Shown one piece after another: positions 10,228-23,616 of a DNA stretch of 64,000 bases. Numbering within the stretch: position 1 is the first letter of the stretch; each line of letters starts with the position of its first letter. The DNA lies in NCBI GenBank assembly GCA_965644295.1, contig CBFFRP010000358.1:124001-188000 (forward strand), given 5' to 3'. Below the pieces are notes generated by a model. It saw only the letters and a program-made list of their open reading frames with translations. It was not told the origin of the DNA and did not search any database. Origin of the DNA: Paraphysomonas bandaiensis. Lineage: Eukaryota; Protista; Chrysophyceae. The position numbers and the translations under genes are program-made.

Positions 10228-12605
10228 TATATTAGAATATGGATCTTATTCTAGTATATTCAGTATGTCACTTGAAGACAATGTACGAGAATACAGTGAA
10301 ATATAGTGATGTACAAATGCTATGATGATTTGATAAACTTGTCAATATGTTTGTTCCACTGCCTCGGTGATGACCGCAATCCATATAAGGCCTTGATCAA
10401 TTGAAAACACCACCCCGCTGGCAATTCTTCATCAGGTGGAGGTGCCATATAAACATCCTCCTCAAGATCGGCATAACAAAACGCTGATAATACGTCCAAC
10501 TGATGTACATGCATATGAAACATAAATGCAATTGCGAGGACCAGTCGAATGGTTATTCCTTTGACCACTGGAGCAAACGTGGAGTGCTCCTCCTCCGAGC
10601 TTGTCGCCACTTCTTGTACTGTGGAGATCTCTCCGCTTCGGCATATGAGTCTGGTATCGTAATGTCTTGTTGTTTCAACTCTGCATGTTTTAAGTTAACA
10701 TTGTATGCATCTGGCACCTCAACCATATTTATCACTCCCAATACCGATGCATTCGCCAACCTACGCTTGCTCATCCTGATCCCGCAAATCATCTTGCGGT
10801 GTGGGAGGATGAGCAAGCGTAGGTTGGCGAATGCATCGGTATTGGGAGTGATAAATATGGTTGAGGTGCCAGATGCATACAATGTTAACTTAAAACATGC
10901 AGAGGTCAAAGGAATAACCATTCGACTGGTCCTCGCAATTGCATTTATGTTTCATATGCATGTACATCAGTTGGACGTATTATCAGCGTTTTGTTATGCC
11001 GATCTTGAGGAGGATGTTTATATGGCACCTCTACCTGATGAAGAATTGCCAGCGGGGTGGTGTTTTCAATTGATCAAGGCCTTATATGGATTGCGGTCAT
11101 CACCGAGGCAGTGGAACAAACATATTGACAAGTTTATCTAATCATCGTTACATTTTACTGCTTGCATTTTAGATACATGCTTATATATGCGATGATGGAG
11201 TAATGGTCAATTACACTTGAAATGCACGATCTGGGTGTGTGCAAACGGTCTCTAAATATATCAGAATCACGAGAGGTGAGGACTGGTACATGTTAGATCA
11301 ATCGGAATATGTCAAGATATTGTCAAGAAATTCAGTTCGTTTATGGGAAAGAGCAGTAAGAATAAGGAGACTCCACTACCTACCAATGTTCAGGATTTGT
11401 TGGCAGAGCAACGTGAGCTGACGGAGGAGCAGAAGCAGTGGGTTGAATCATTTCCGTATAGAGGAATTATTGGAGCGGTATTGCATTTGGCGATTCATAC
11501 TAGACCTGATCTGGCTTATGCTGTGGGGTTATTGGCTCGATTTAGTACTTCTCCAACATATGCGGCTTGCAGATTAGCTATATTCATTTGTTGAAATATT
11601 TACGTGGTACAGTTGATAAGGGCATCAGATTCAGTGGGAGTGAGTTTTATTTACATGTATTCAGTGATTCAGACTGTGCTGGTGATAGGATGACTCGGCG
11701 GTCCACAACGGGATACATCGTGTTTTTATGTGCGGCGCTTTGGCCTGCTGGCAGTCCAAGCTTCAGACCACAGTTGCGACTTCGAGCATGGAATCTGAGT
11801 ATATGGCGGAGTATGCGGCTATGCAAGAACTGGTGTGGCTTCGGGGGGTGTTCAAGGAGCTCGGACTCTTGGTAGCGAAGCCGACTCCATTCTTTATGGA
11901 TAGTAAGAGTGCAAAGGATCATTCAGAGAATCCAGTGTATCATAAGAGGTCGAAGCATATTGACATCAAGCATCAGTGGATAAGAGAACAAGTTAATGGA
12001 AAATTTCCTACAGCAAATTTGATTCATGTATCTACGGATGATATGGCGGCTGATATTTTTACAAAGGCATTGTCCACACGAAGATCTTCAGCCGTCATGA
12101 GAAAATGATTACCGGGGTTAAGAGGAGTGTGTCTAACAGAGTGGAGGAGCAGTAGAAGAAACGACCCCGAAGAGGTTTAAGGTGTGTTTTCGTGGGTGAA
12201 AATCCTACATAACGTATATCTAGTTGACTGCTAGTTATATATGTATCTTTAAAAGATTTCACATCTGTTTTACCTGTGGGACTAGGTAGTCATAGAATTA
12301 TCAGATTATTGTGATCACTGTTGTTTTATATCACTGCATTCTACATTGAGTGGGAGTATTAGAATATGCATTCAGTATGTCAATTGAAGACAATGTACGA
12401 GAATACAGTGATGTACAAATGCTATGATGATATTGAGAAACTGAAATAGCTTGATCTCTCAAGATATGTTCAGTAACGAGAGGTTCGCATATGTAGGATA
12501 TTATGCGTAGATTAAAATGAGTTAGTGTTGGTTATCACAACTTCGTGTAAACGATATTAATATATCTATCTAGTCTTACGATCTCTGTGATCTAGATTTT
12601 CAATA
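10228..12605 (+). mobile_element. Rearranged, defective Ty1/Copia LTR retrotransposon (truncated 5' LTR 10228-~10329; 3' LTR 12357-12605; TSD TTTCC)
   Basis: RT motifs HQLDVLSAF...LIKALYGLRSSPRQW and RPDLAYAV. RNase H motifs SDSD, SSMESEY, RSKHIDIK and ADIFTKAL. PPT attgagtgggag precedes the LTR. TTTCC at 10223-10227 and 12606-12610. Frameshifts and stops present. Confidence 0.92.
10325..11146. repeat. Fold-back inverted duplication of the RT region inside the Copia element
   Basis: 10325-10566 is the reverse complement of ~10904-11146, and ~10680-10778 is the reverse complement of ~10806-10903. Central spacer ~27 nt. The same peptides appear in ORFs on both strands. Confidence 0.95.
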
Positions 12606-13074
12606 TTTCCTAGCGTTGATGCACAACATACGAAACAATATGGACACCAACAAGTGTCTCATAATGACACTACATAAAAATATAAAACCTTCAAAAGTAT
12701 AATACTTCAGTATATCATTTTTGAGCTTCGTATTTTGCTCCCCAGAGCGCACCACAGCCAAGGCTTATTGATATTGATTGCGTTTCTTCTGACCCAACCT
12801 TTGCTATTAATGTATTTATATCAGAGGATGAAGCCATAACAAGTGTTGCAGAGTACCAAAATACTTTTTACAAGATGCCTAAAATAGGAAGATTCCTGTT
12901 TATTTAAGAAAGATACATTGCAAGGTGATCGCTACAGACAGTTATCAGTATTGTCTAGCCGCAGCACGTCACCAATTTACTACAATAATATCACGCATAT
13001 TCTCGATTCTCGACATTATAGATAAGAAATATATCAACCTTACACCTAATACAACCTATATGTGTCCACTACTG

Positions 13075-14985
13075 TCATACTCGCGGAATTAAAGGGCGCT
13101 TCTCTCCACTCACGCCACCAGGATCATCAATTGTAGCGCTAGCCTTTGTTCCATCTAAAGGGCTCGCTGTGTAGTTCGAACCATATGATTCACTATGACT
13201 CCTTGGCTTCAGAGAACGGTCTGATGCACTGTTGCTAGAACCATGCAATTCCAAGGTCGGTACACTATGGAAGTGCATCTTATTCAAGTAAAAGCTACCT
13301 TCGTTGTCATAACAGTCCTCATATTGATTTTCAAACTCACATATGCCATTCACCCTCATGTAACGCAGTATAGCATGGACAATAATACCGAGAATAATGG
13401 TGACAACGGCTGTAATGAAAGCCCACTTTGAGCTAATGGCGATTATAATGATAGCAAATATGGATGGGCAGAGCAAAAGCAACGTAACACCTGCTGTACC
13501 CAATGGGATTTTGTACGGTCGTGACATGTCGGGATGGGATATACGCAGCTTAACAAAAGCAGCAAACTCAATTAGTTGGGAAAAGCAATACAAAATGTTC
13601 AGCATCTCGATGACTTCTGAGAAAGAGAGCCAACACAAAACTAAAACTCCACTGGCTGAAATTAAAATCCCGTACGTTGGTGTTCCATATACGTTTCTGG
13701 TTCCAACTACTTTCGGGATTATTCCTCGATCAGCCATTCCAGCGACCTGTGAAAGAGTTACACTGCAAATACCATACTTGCTAAGACAGTACATCGTATA
13801 TATACGATTACATTATATATAGCATGTCCTACATCGCACCTGCCATGCATCAGTGCTCATCTCAGCTATAAATGTTCCGATGTTTGTAATTGAAGCTGCA
13901 AACATCATCCACACCCCAAGCCAATTCCCACATATCTCGACAGCAAGAAACGTGAAATGACCATCCTTCCATTCGTGATAAGGTATATCACTTGCTCCTG
14001 TACCTGTATACAAAGGTCAAGATGTTTCGCCAACTATGGTTTCTCACATGCCAACATATACTCTACAATAGACACCACAATATACACATCTTCTCCACAA
14101 TACACGAAGCAGAATGATATAGTATGTTAAAACAAAAAACAACAGCACTACACCATACATATCGCCATATGCGAGTGGAATTTCCACACTGCGACTAATA
14201 AACAGTTTCTCACCTATCAGAACAGGTAAGAAAGACGATATCCCCACTAGTAGCACAGCCAAACTCATACCCAAAGGGTAGGTTTTCCCGGGCTGGTCCA
14301 CCTCCCCTGCAAAGCAGGCGGCAGAGTCCCAGTAGTTTATGTTCCAGAAAAAAGTGTTCAAAAATAACCGCCAGTTTATGCCGTAAATCCCATTTTCAGG
14401 GGTGGCGAGCCATTTAGTGGGGTCGACTTTGAAAGCTCCGATAATGCAAAACACAACAAAAGGCATCATTGTCAGGGTGCAAATGATGATTGTTGTTCTG
14501 CCTACAACATCTAAGCCTCTATAATTTAGATATGTAAGCAGAACTGTAAGCAAAATAATAAATAACAGTCGAGGTAAGCCACTTGAAAACATGGAATCAG
14601 ACCCTTGACTCTGAATTAGAGACACAAATGTGTCCAGCAGGAGTATGGGGTATAAGGAATTGTCTGCGACTCCTGAAAGGTAACTCAACCATCCTTCTTG
14701 AAAGCCCCAAAAAGGCCCAAATGCGAGTGTTACCCATGCAACTGACCCGGATGCTTCGGGTATGGCTGTAGCGAGTTCTGTTGTGATCAGAGCCTCAGGT
14801 ACTGCCCACACGAGCAACAAACTAAACCCTAACAAAGCGTAGAGAGGTCCGCCTGCCTTCACTATCTCTTCTATTCCGAAGGGCCCTCCTGACACCGAGT
14901 AGAAAGTGAGTCCGACCAGAGCAAAGAGACCCAGCTTCTTCTTCATCCTTCCAGGACTGCGCATGGGACTGATCGCAGTTGACAT
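13075..14985 (-). CDS. APC-superfamily polyamine/amino-acid permease (plant PUT/LAT-like), 3 exons
   Basis: LGLFALVGLTFYSVSGGPFGIE, PEALITTELATAIP, FFWNINYWDSAACFAGEV, MSTDAWQ/VAGMADRG and RPYKIP. Multiple TM segments. Confidence 0.9.
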
Positions 14986-15101
14986 CGCCCTAGATAAACC
15001 CACAGGTTACTATAATTGCATCACGCAGCTGTCTGGTTAGTGAAGCCTCTCTGTGTGTGCTGTGCGTGTCTGCGCTTGCACTGGAAGAAGACCACGACAC
15101 G

Positions 15102-15140
15102 GCCTTATACAGCCTTATACAGCCTTATACGTATGTATAC
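15102..15140. repeat. Short tandem repeat (GCCTTATACA)x3 in the divergent promoter spacer
   Basis: ggccttatac agccttatac agccttatac gtatgtatac. Confidence 0.85.
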
Positions 15141-15457
15141 ACTGAGAGAAACATATGCTTGTGTTGTAGTTCTACAGCACCGTATTCACGAATACAATCG
15201 AGTCCCTTTACCTCAACTCTTATCCAATCACAACACTATATTAGCGTTTACGAGTATCCTGTTGGCCATAAGTCTACATAACGGTTGTTGTAGTTGTTCT
15301 AGTATGAGAAGATGCAGCGCAGTCACTGCTGCACTTGTATGTTAATGTCGGGAGCATTGTGGTCACTGAGTGTGCTGTGGAAGTATGTGACATTAGGCCT
15401 TGAATATTAAGTAGCAAAGCCATTCAATGCTGTGCTAAGAGCTGCCACCCCCACACT

Positions 15458-18400
15458 ATGCTTGATTTCATATTCAACAGAAGGAAAGCTAACATTCGTT
15501 TTGAAGACATAACTGCTCCTGAATTTGCTATTTTGGAATTAATTTCAGTGGACAAATTGCACGCAAAGAAGTACTTTGAGTTATACAGGTCACTGGCATC
15601 TGTAGCAGTGAAATACACAACTCTCATTTTCTTTGTGTCAGGAAATTTGTCGCGAATTCAAATGGATCGCTGACCTCAACAGCTTTTTTACATTTTTTTG
15701 ATGTGGATCGATCTTTTGTTACCAACAGAATTTTTAACATGACTACTACCAAGGTGATTTGTGGTGTATTTCTGTTCCACGTCAACAACTGTCACCGTAG
15801 GCTAATGATGAGATCTCTTTTGTGAAGTTTGTGTACACGATTTGGTACTCGTGTCAACTGACATTTGAAGATTTATACCAAATGTAAGACTATTTGTGCT
15901 AGGCTGTTGTATTAATAGAGTTACTTTGCGATTATTTTTTGCATCCGCACTATTCTGATTCATGTTCCGGCTTCAGATCGTTTACTACTTTTGATATCAA
16001 TAATCGTAATCACCTCGAGATAGATGATCTTCCTCAACTGCTCGGTTCCCTTTACGGGGATAGCCGCAACCCCGGTCACAACAACTGGACACGAATTAAG
16101 GCTGCTAAAAAACTGTATCAGGAATTGTTCAATGCATGTGTTGACAAGGGTGGTGTTCTGGAGTATAATGAATTTCGACGGATTATGCTTAACCATGGTA
16201 CCGCTATGGTTCCTGTTTTTCACCTGCAAAGGAAGATACGATCAAAAGTAAGATCAATTATTGTATATATATTGTCCGTTGTAATGTAATATTGTTTGCA
16301 CGAGTTTTGACATTTTGACAATCCATGTGGTCAGTTGTACTGTGTTTTATACGTGCGGATCACATTGTAGCATATTTTCACAATATGGAGCAGGCATTTG
16401 GTGAGAAATTTTGGGATAAACTTCAGCATCAACCAATTAAGGCGAAGCACTTCACTAGGTATTCCGCTGTTCTAATTCGTGCGACGTGCAATTTATTCGT
16501 GATTTTAGAGAGGATGTACTTGATATGATTCGAAATCACAGTCCGAATGAGGTAAGTTGTAATTAGTCCCAACATACCGACGTAGCATACAGAGCAGTGT
16601 ATACAGGGTAAATCAGGCTCATACTAATGTATGATAGATATACCATATATATATATATTAGAAGCAAAAATTACATTTAAGTACCTGCTCCCCTCTTTGA
16701 TATGCGTTTGTAGGTTGTCAGTATGATTAATAATACAGGGGGTGCGCGCAGCTATATGGATTTTCAAGAGGTGTGTAGGTTCAGTGATAAATAGGCTGTT
16801 AAATCTTGAAACATTTAGGGGTACAATTAAGTATCATCATATATATAAGTCGTCATGTATATAGTGTACAATATTGTAACATAGTGGCGGCCAGAAATGT
16901 GTTCTTTTGCATGTTGTGATGCTGCAAAATTTTAATGATACTACTACTTTTGATTGACTTTTATTGTCCAGAAAGCTGTTACGATGTCAGTAAGTGATGA
17001 CATCACGAGGAGAGATCTATATGGTCAGCCACTTCCTCCTAGGAAAAGGCCAAGCCTTTTTAGATCTATGTCAGCCAATAGAGTTCAATTCGTTGGTGGA
17101 AACAATGCGGATGAGAGAAGATTAAACATTGCGAATAAAAAGTACGGTGATGAAATTGTCATTTTATCTTTGCTACACTGCACTTCACAATTGCTAATCG
17201 ACATATCCTTCGTCTTCAGGCTGGAGCGTCAAAGAGCAGAATTCAAGCCACTAACAGCCCATCAAAAACCCAGCCGCATTCAATCCAAACCCCTACAAAG
17301 ATCTGCAACAGCTGATACTGCGATTGAAAGGTATGTAACGTATTTTGTTGTATGAGCTGGTGTGATATATTTGTGCAAATGCCAACTCATTTTTGTTGTC
17401 TACAGATGGGAACAAAGCCTTCTCCAACGGATAGAAAATGAAGCTATCATGTTAGATGCTGATAAGAAAGATGAGACGAGTGCCGATGATATCGATATAT
17501 GTCTTGACCCGAGGTGAAGCCCTCTATGTGGAGTTGGTTATGAACTTCACGTAAATTGATAGTATTTTGCATATAGCTTTCGCTCAGAGGGTACATATTA
17601 TATTTTCTGACCCGTATCTATATTTTGTATACCACCTACGATGGCCTAAACGTATATTAATCTTATTCTTCAGAGAGGCTTACGGCAACAAGGTAGACTT
17701 ATTTTTAAACAATCGCTACAACCACAAAAAGATTATGCCTGTGAGGTCTTCTCCGCCAAAATGCTCCACGACGGAATGTGGCTGGGACTATCTTGCTGAT
17801 GATGAAGATAGGCCGAGAGTGAAAAAGTATGTAGTAGTCATACATATGTCGCATATATTATTTCTTTTATGTATTGCCATGTCGTGATATCGGATCTATT
17901 TTTGCTCAGATTCCTATTTAATTTACAGGACTATTGATTCTGCAGCTATCATGCCCAAAGAAGTCAGTAAATCAGCCATCGTGGTGTATATATTGACTCA
18001 CAATGAGCTGTTGTTAGGAACCTTCTGAGAAATTTGTAGTTGAAAAAGTTATCCCTAAAGAGATGCATGGAACCCTTGGAGTAACTGTAAGTTGGAGTGT
18101 ATAACTTTATGTTGTTTGCTTGCATCATATACCCACTGAAACTCTAAATATCTAGGAAATGGAAGGGTTTGATCTGGAGGAATTGGCTACCCTTCAAAAA
18201 CAATACGGTGAGTGAAAGCTATCGTGTACTATGTAATACACCTTATCTTCAATTTTTTACTGAATTTGTGCTTTCTAATGTTGTTTATATAGATGAACTT
18301 TTGGAGGCCACTCAAAAAAAAAAGCCTCAGCGAAAGTAAGTAGATGGCGTGCTCCTTTATAGATTTCGTCATTCCACCCCGTGAATATTGTGAAGATCAA

Positions 18401-19304
18401 GGCAATGCAGTGGCATAGTTTTCGTGTTCTATTTGTCGCCTGAAGTTATTACAATATATGTTGGTTATCTAAACTGTGCATAGGAATATAAATATGGCTG
18501 AGTATATGGCCTCTTTACCTGATCAAAATCTTGATTTGTATGGTGATGTTACGTTTCGACCCCGGATTAAACATAAAATGAGGCCACTGACTCAAAGGGT
18601 TATTACTGAGATATGTGATATTACGGAATCAACGCGGAGGAACAACCCCTATGAAGTTGTGTCTGCACCGAATAGCGGCTACATGGTATGTCAATGCTTA
18701 TATTATACACCATTGCTACACGGGGGAAATGTGTGGATGTACTCGAATTTTGTATTCGGCTGATATATGTTGTTCCCCTTCTACGTACACCAATTTGTCA
18801 TGTATGTAGGATGAAGCTGACTACAGAGAATTTCTCAACATGAAAAAACAATCTAGTAAATACAAAGTCAAAATCAGGACGTTTGCCGACTTCCTTAAAT
18901 ATAAAGGATATGAAAACATTGCAAATGACACAATATCAAGTAGTGATACCTGCCAAAAACACGGCGTTGAGGCTGACCTTTGTGGCACGGCGAAAGTGGA
19001 AGGGACACAAATACTCGAATCCGATGAAATGAACGAGTGTAATACACATCACTCACTTTCGAATGTTGAACACATAGGTTTTCGTGATACTACGGAAAAC
19101 GAGGACCTGCCGTATGACAAGCACGAGAAGAAAGATAACTCCCATCAAGTGAAAAGTTGTAAAAAGTATAGACTCAAAGACGGACACTTGGCCGGTTCAA
19201 ATAAAACTGGGGATAGAAATCGAAATCGCCACCGCCTGAAAGCGAAAGCCTCAGAGGGGAGTAATAGGCACTTGAAAGTTCGTTATAATAAGTCGAAATT
19301 ATAG
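15458..19304 (+). CDS. Multi-exon EF-hand (calcineurin-B/recoverin-like N-terminus) protein with a long low-complexity C-terminus; exact model uncertain
   Basis: Exons give FLHFFDVDRSFVTNRIF, DEISFVKFVYTIW, FTTFDINNRNHLEIDDL, VDKGGVLEYNEF and PVFHLQRKIRSKAFGEKFW. Many small GT-AG exons continue to the stop at 19304. Confidence 0.6.
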
Positions 19305-19696
19305 TATCTAGTGTATTGTAAATAAGAATAGAGATAATAGTGCTTACTTTGTGAAATTTTCATAATGTAGGGCTAAGTGTCTGTGATATATATGTGCCTT
19401 ATTGGGCTCTTCACTGTCCGGTAATTCAGTTGATCGATCCAAGTATAACAGCACAGCTAGACAGTATCAGGGATGCGTAACAATTACTTGACGATTATTG
19501 AAATTTCAAGAATTTATTGAAACTGAGACAGCAAATAATAATTGTAATTATAATTGACTACTGCCTACTCTAATTAATTAAAATATTTTGAATGCCATCA
19601 ATTTGAGTGTATATATTAGTTACTGCACATAATCATAAGCGGAACAAAAACAACACGTAGCTAGTAAAAACAAGTTACCCTAGGACTTTCTTAACG

Positions 19697-19960
19697 TGTC
19701 AATTCTAAAACTGAGAGACGGATTATAATTTGCCGGGCTATTGGAACGAGCTTCCTTGATGACGTCTGCCAGAAAGTCAGACAACTGCTTTGAGTAAAAC
19801 CGCGAAAGTGGTTGCACCTTGGTGCTTGCGGTGACGCACAAGCAGCTTTCGTAGCGTAAGATAAGATAGTAGGATATCAGAGTTAAGCATTCATTAGTTA
19901 ATTTGCAATGCGCTTATTGCGAATAAAAAACATTCACTACAATTACATGGCACCCGATAG
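19697..19960 (+). mobile_element. LTR-like remnant ending ...AATTACA followed by a primer-binding-site-like TGGCACCCGA
   Basis: Homologous to 5225-5420. CA terminus is directly followed by TGGCACCCGA, similar to the tRNA-Lys PBS TGGCGCCCGA. Left edge uncertain. Confidence 0.45.
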
Positions 19961-19999
19961 TCAATCGTCGTCTGCGCGACAATACAGTTATTATTCGGA

Positions 20000-20340
20000 G
20001 CGCTACCTCCAATAAGGCAGTATGGCAACGGAAGGAATAGTTTCAACGAGGGAGAAGATTATGACAGTGAGAGTCTAGTTCAGAATGTGAACAGCCTAGC
20101 ATTTGATTGATGATTACAGGCAGTGGAGTCGAGCACGTCTTAACAAGCAAATTCGATACCGCAATATGAAGCACTTGCATGCTACAACCAATAAGGTTGA
20201 AAGAATATTCAGTAGAACTAAGATTGCCATGGCTAATTATGTTGACTACAACCTGCGTCGATTAATCAATGAATTGACAATTAGTTGTTACAAAGCCATG
20301 GACAGATGTGCGAAATGTTTGGACATTTGAAACATAGAAA
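20000..20340 (+). pseudogene. hAT-like DDE transposase C-terminal fragment
   Basis: YRNMKHLHATTNKVERIFSRTK resembles the hAT dimerization motif (P/A)xTxxxxERxFS. No intact ORF. Confidence 0.55.
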
Positions 20341-20719
20341 GAATTCGCTGCTATAAAGCCACCAAAAGGTTTTCTTACTAAAGTAGTAGAACATTTCTTA
20401 GTCAATATTACTTCTCTTACCTATACCTATGCTAGACATTCCAATACTACGAGCTCAAAGCAAAGAATACAGTGAGCGAGCACTGTACTGATATATGATA
20501 TAACTGATATCTACTGACTTCAGGGAAGATGCTACATGAAATGATATCCAATGGGCCGCAATTAATATTTATAACTGTTGAGTCATATGCACCCAAGAAA
20601 TCCTGCAAAGTACGAACGCCAACATTGCTTTAATATTCAAGAACCACAGTGAAACTTGTTGAACAAACTACAGCTGCATTATTGTACTACTGAACTACAT
20701 CGCAACACATCTTTCCAAA

Positions 20720-21510
20720 CTACATAATTGCCAACCCCAATGCCATTACTGACATAAGAACCACGCTCATGAACCCGACTGAGGTTCTTCCAGCAGAGTT
20801 GCAAATGTCTCCCATATCAATAGCAAGTGCATCATCATCAGCAAACTTTTTCGCACGGCAACAATCGGCATATATCTTCATGCCGGCAGGTCTGGACGAG
20901 TTTACCATTACGTGATCGTTGTTATAAATGTTTCCAGTCTCCGGGTTGATACATTCAGCTCTCGTGGCACAGCCTCTGCAGTAGTATGTGGATTACCTTA
21001 CGCAAGCATATATGTAGGGTACACGCATGCCATATTTATCAGAGGTATAAGAGAACAATTTGAATTGTGCACATGTGAATATAATACCAAAACTGTGTTC
21101 TAACAAGAGCCCGCGAACAACACTCACCTTGTCAATATACAGTCTCTGCCATTATTTATATCAGTTTCACAAACCTACATAAAAATAAAGGTCAGAGCAA
21201 AAACAACAACCAGCTACAGTGTTGACATCATGCCCAAACAACAACAACAACAACAACAATAACAATCAAACCATGTGTCCGCACCGTCATAGTGGAGCAG
21301 TACCACTCATCTGTATCTGCATTCAAATCTCCGCAGTCGACATTCTGTAACTGATAGAGACTTGATCCTGCGCACATACCCCGCCCATCACTATCACCAT
21401 ACCGCAGCTAGAGATCAGCTCATACCTTGAAAGCAGTAGTATCTTTTGGACAGCGACACTGATAGCAGCAGACTCATGCAGAGAGCCCGCAGATATACGC
21501 TGATAACCAT
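20720..21510 (-). CDS. Secreted, probably GPI-anchored 156-aa cysteine-rich protein with a Ly6/uPAR (three-finger)-like Cys pattern; exons 21510-21426, 21367-21285, 21174-21128, 20975-20720
   Basis: Manual splicing at GT-AG sites gives an open frame: signal peptide, 10 Cys in the mature part including RGC, CC and terminal CN, then S-A-G and a hydrophobic tail. Confidence 0.7.
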
Positions 21511-21972
21511 CTTATAACACCAGAGACTTAGATTGGGGTTCGATTGAGTGGTAGAGTACTATAGTTTACTATGCCTGGCACTCGAGGCGATTAATCAGAG
21601 CGGAGAGCTACTGCACAATGCACACTCCTGTATATGCATATGCAGCATGCGGTATATACACAGTGCTGATGCAGGGAGTCAGATGTATACCGGGGTATAC
21701 ATCAATGTATGCCAGGTATGCTCTCGAATCGGCAGTCAGCATCTTAGTTTTCGGGAATAAATAGAAGCAAATATACTCTATAATACTGATATACAACTAC
21801 GGCTGGAATACACATAATTGTTGTCTCAATAATATAGGCATCTCTGAACAAAAATATACAAAGGATGCTGATACGTCTAGACACGTATAAAGATACTGTG
21901 ACGGGCCGGAGCTGAGCTGGGCAGAGTTCGCTGCTCTGTTCTCTGGCTTCTAAACTGAACGAATAAACGAAT

Positions 21973-23114
21973 ATGGAGGATACTGATGGCGGTAAAACCA
22001 CTCATGAGGAGGTGGATGATACTGGTACTGACGGAGAGTCCTTCTTTCTCCCGTTACACTCTGCGTTCGCCCTCAGTGTGTTTTGCGAGGCCGCTTACGC
22101 TCATGACTCCGCAGCGGACATAACTCACTCTATTGAGCAGCAGCTGGCTATGCAGTCAGATCCCATATGCTCAGAAGTATCTGATATGACGAAAATCAAT
22201 CATGAGCACAATCATGCCATCTATTTTATATGCGCGTTGTCTGATAGGGATATGGGGTGGTCGGATGATGAGACCAAACGTGACACTGTAGTGGTTGCAT
22301 TTCGTGGGAGCTCCAACACAACAGAATTCCTTGAAGATGCCCGCTCATTGCGTTGTGCTGAGTTTAAATCCTCTTCAGGAGACCATTTAGCCTGGGCTGG
22401 GAATGGATTCATTGCTGCCTATCAAAACCTCCGGAATGTTGGACTATTGGATAAAGTTATTACCCTGTCTGCCTCTTGTGACCACCGCTTAGTCATCACT
22501 GGACATAGCTTGGGTGGGGCTATTGCTACTCTCATGGCACTAGAACTGTACAAAACCATCCTAAATGAGAGCAACAAAGGATATAAGTTGGCCTTAGTAA
22601 CTTATGGATGCCCCAGGACATTGCGTGAAAGTTCTGCCAAAGAAATGTGCCGTTTTAGAGGGGTTGTGTTTGGAAGGTAACAAGTATTAGGAACGAGTAT
22701 TAGATGCCATGGCTTGTGCGAAACTAAATGTATTGCATCATAAACTGTACACGCCGCACTACGTTGTATATCTTACATTTCGTGAATCTATACGGTTCGT
22801 GCTATGTACTGTAGTTCTCATAGTATGACCACGTGACTATAGAATGTATATATGGAGCTAAACAGTACTGCATAAGCAGGTTTGTGAATTACGGAGACCT
22901 AATCCCCACAGTTCCTGATGAGGCATATATGCATTGTTGCTACCCATATGTCTACGGCTATAGCCACACGCACATGAACGAGTGGACTCTTGTTCACGAC
23001 AGAGATTATGGGGGTAAAAGCATGATCCATGAAAGCTATATGCATGCTGTAGACTGCCACAGCGTCACCATAGCATCCAGTAGAGGATATGGGAAACACT
23101 TGATAAACCTTTAA
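21973..23114 (+). CDS. Class 3 (fungal-type) lipase; exons 21973-22676 and 22880-23114
   Basis: VVVAFRGS, ITGHSLGGAIATL (GxSxG), TYGCPR and RFVNYGDLIPTVP. Confidence 0.9.
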
Positions 23115-23616
23115 GGTGATATTGTGCGCCTGATATTCAAGCTAGATGCCACTTGGCGACAGCATTATTTGTAGTGATCCGTCTGAAGGGTATTTTCTCA
23201 ATTACCGGAATTCAAGGTTTGATATCGTTCGCAGTACCTATATGGACTGGACAGATCAGACATTATGGAATACGCTTGTACTATTTTAGCAGCGTTCCTA
23301 CGTATTGAATGTTACTGAAGCACTTGTAAATTAGGATGGTGAGGATGTCTTGTAGATGGGCATAACATATTATTTTAATATATTATAGCTATGCATTCAG
23401 CATTTTGAGAATGTATACTCTACAATTATGAAATTTTCAAATGCATTATTAAACACTGGCTAGCTATTAACCTTTGACCAAACCAGTTACTTCATACTCG
23501 CTCACGATGGCGTTTCCCAAGGCATGGGTGCCCAGCTATACACATAATGTCAAGCATCATGCAGTATAACATATGTCACCTCTCCACGGTAGAGAGAGAA
23601 GATTGTGTTGATATAT

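Noticed and set aside
10503-11141. 212-aa ORF spanning the palindrome centre
   Set aside because: Chimera of antisense and sense RT sequence created by the fold-back; not a gene.
21236-21266. (CAA)n tract
   Set aside because: Short intronic microsatellite with no sign of function.
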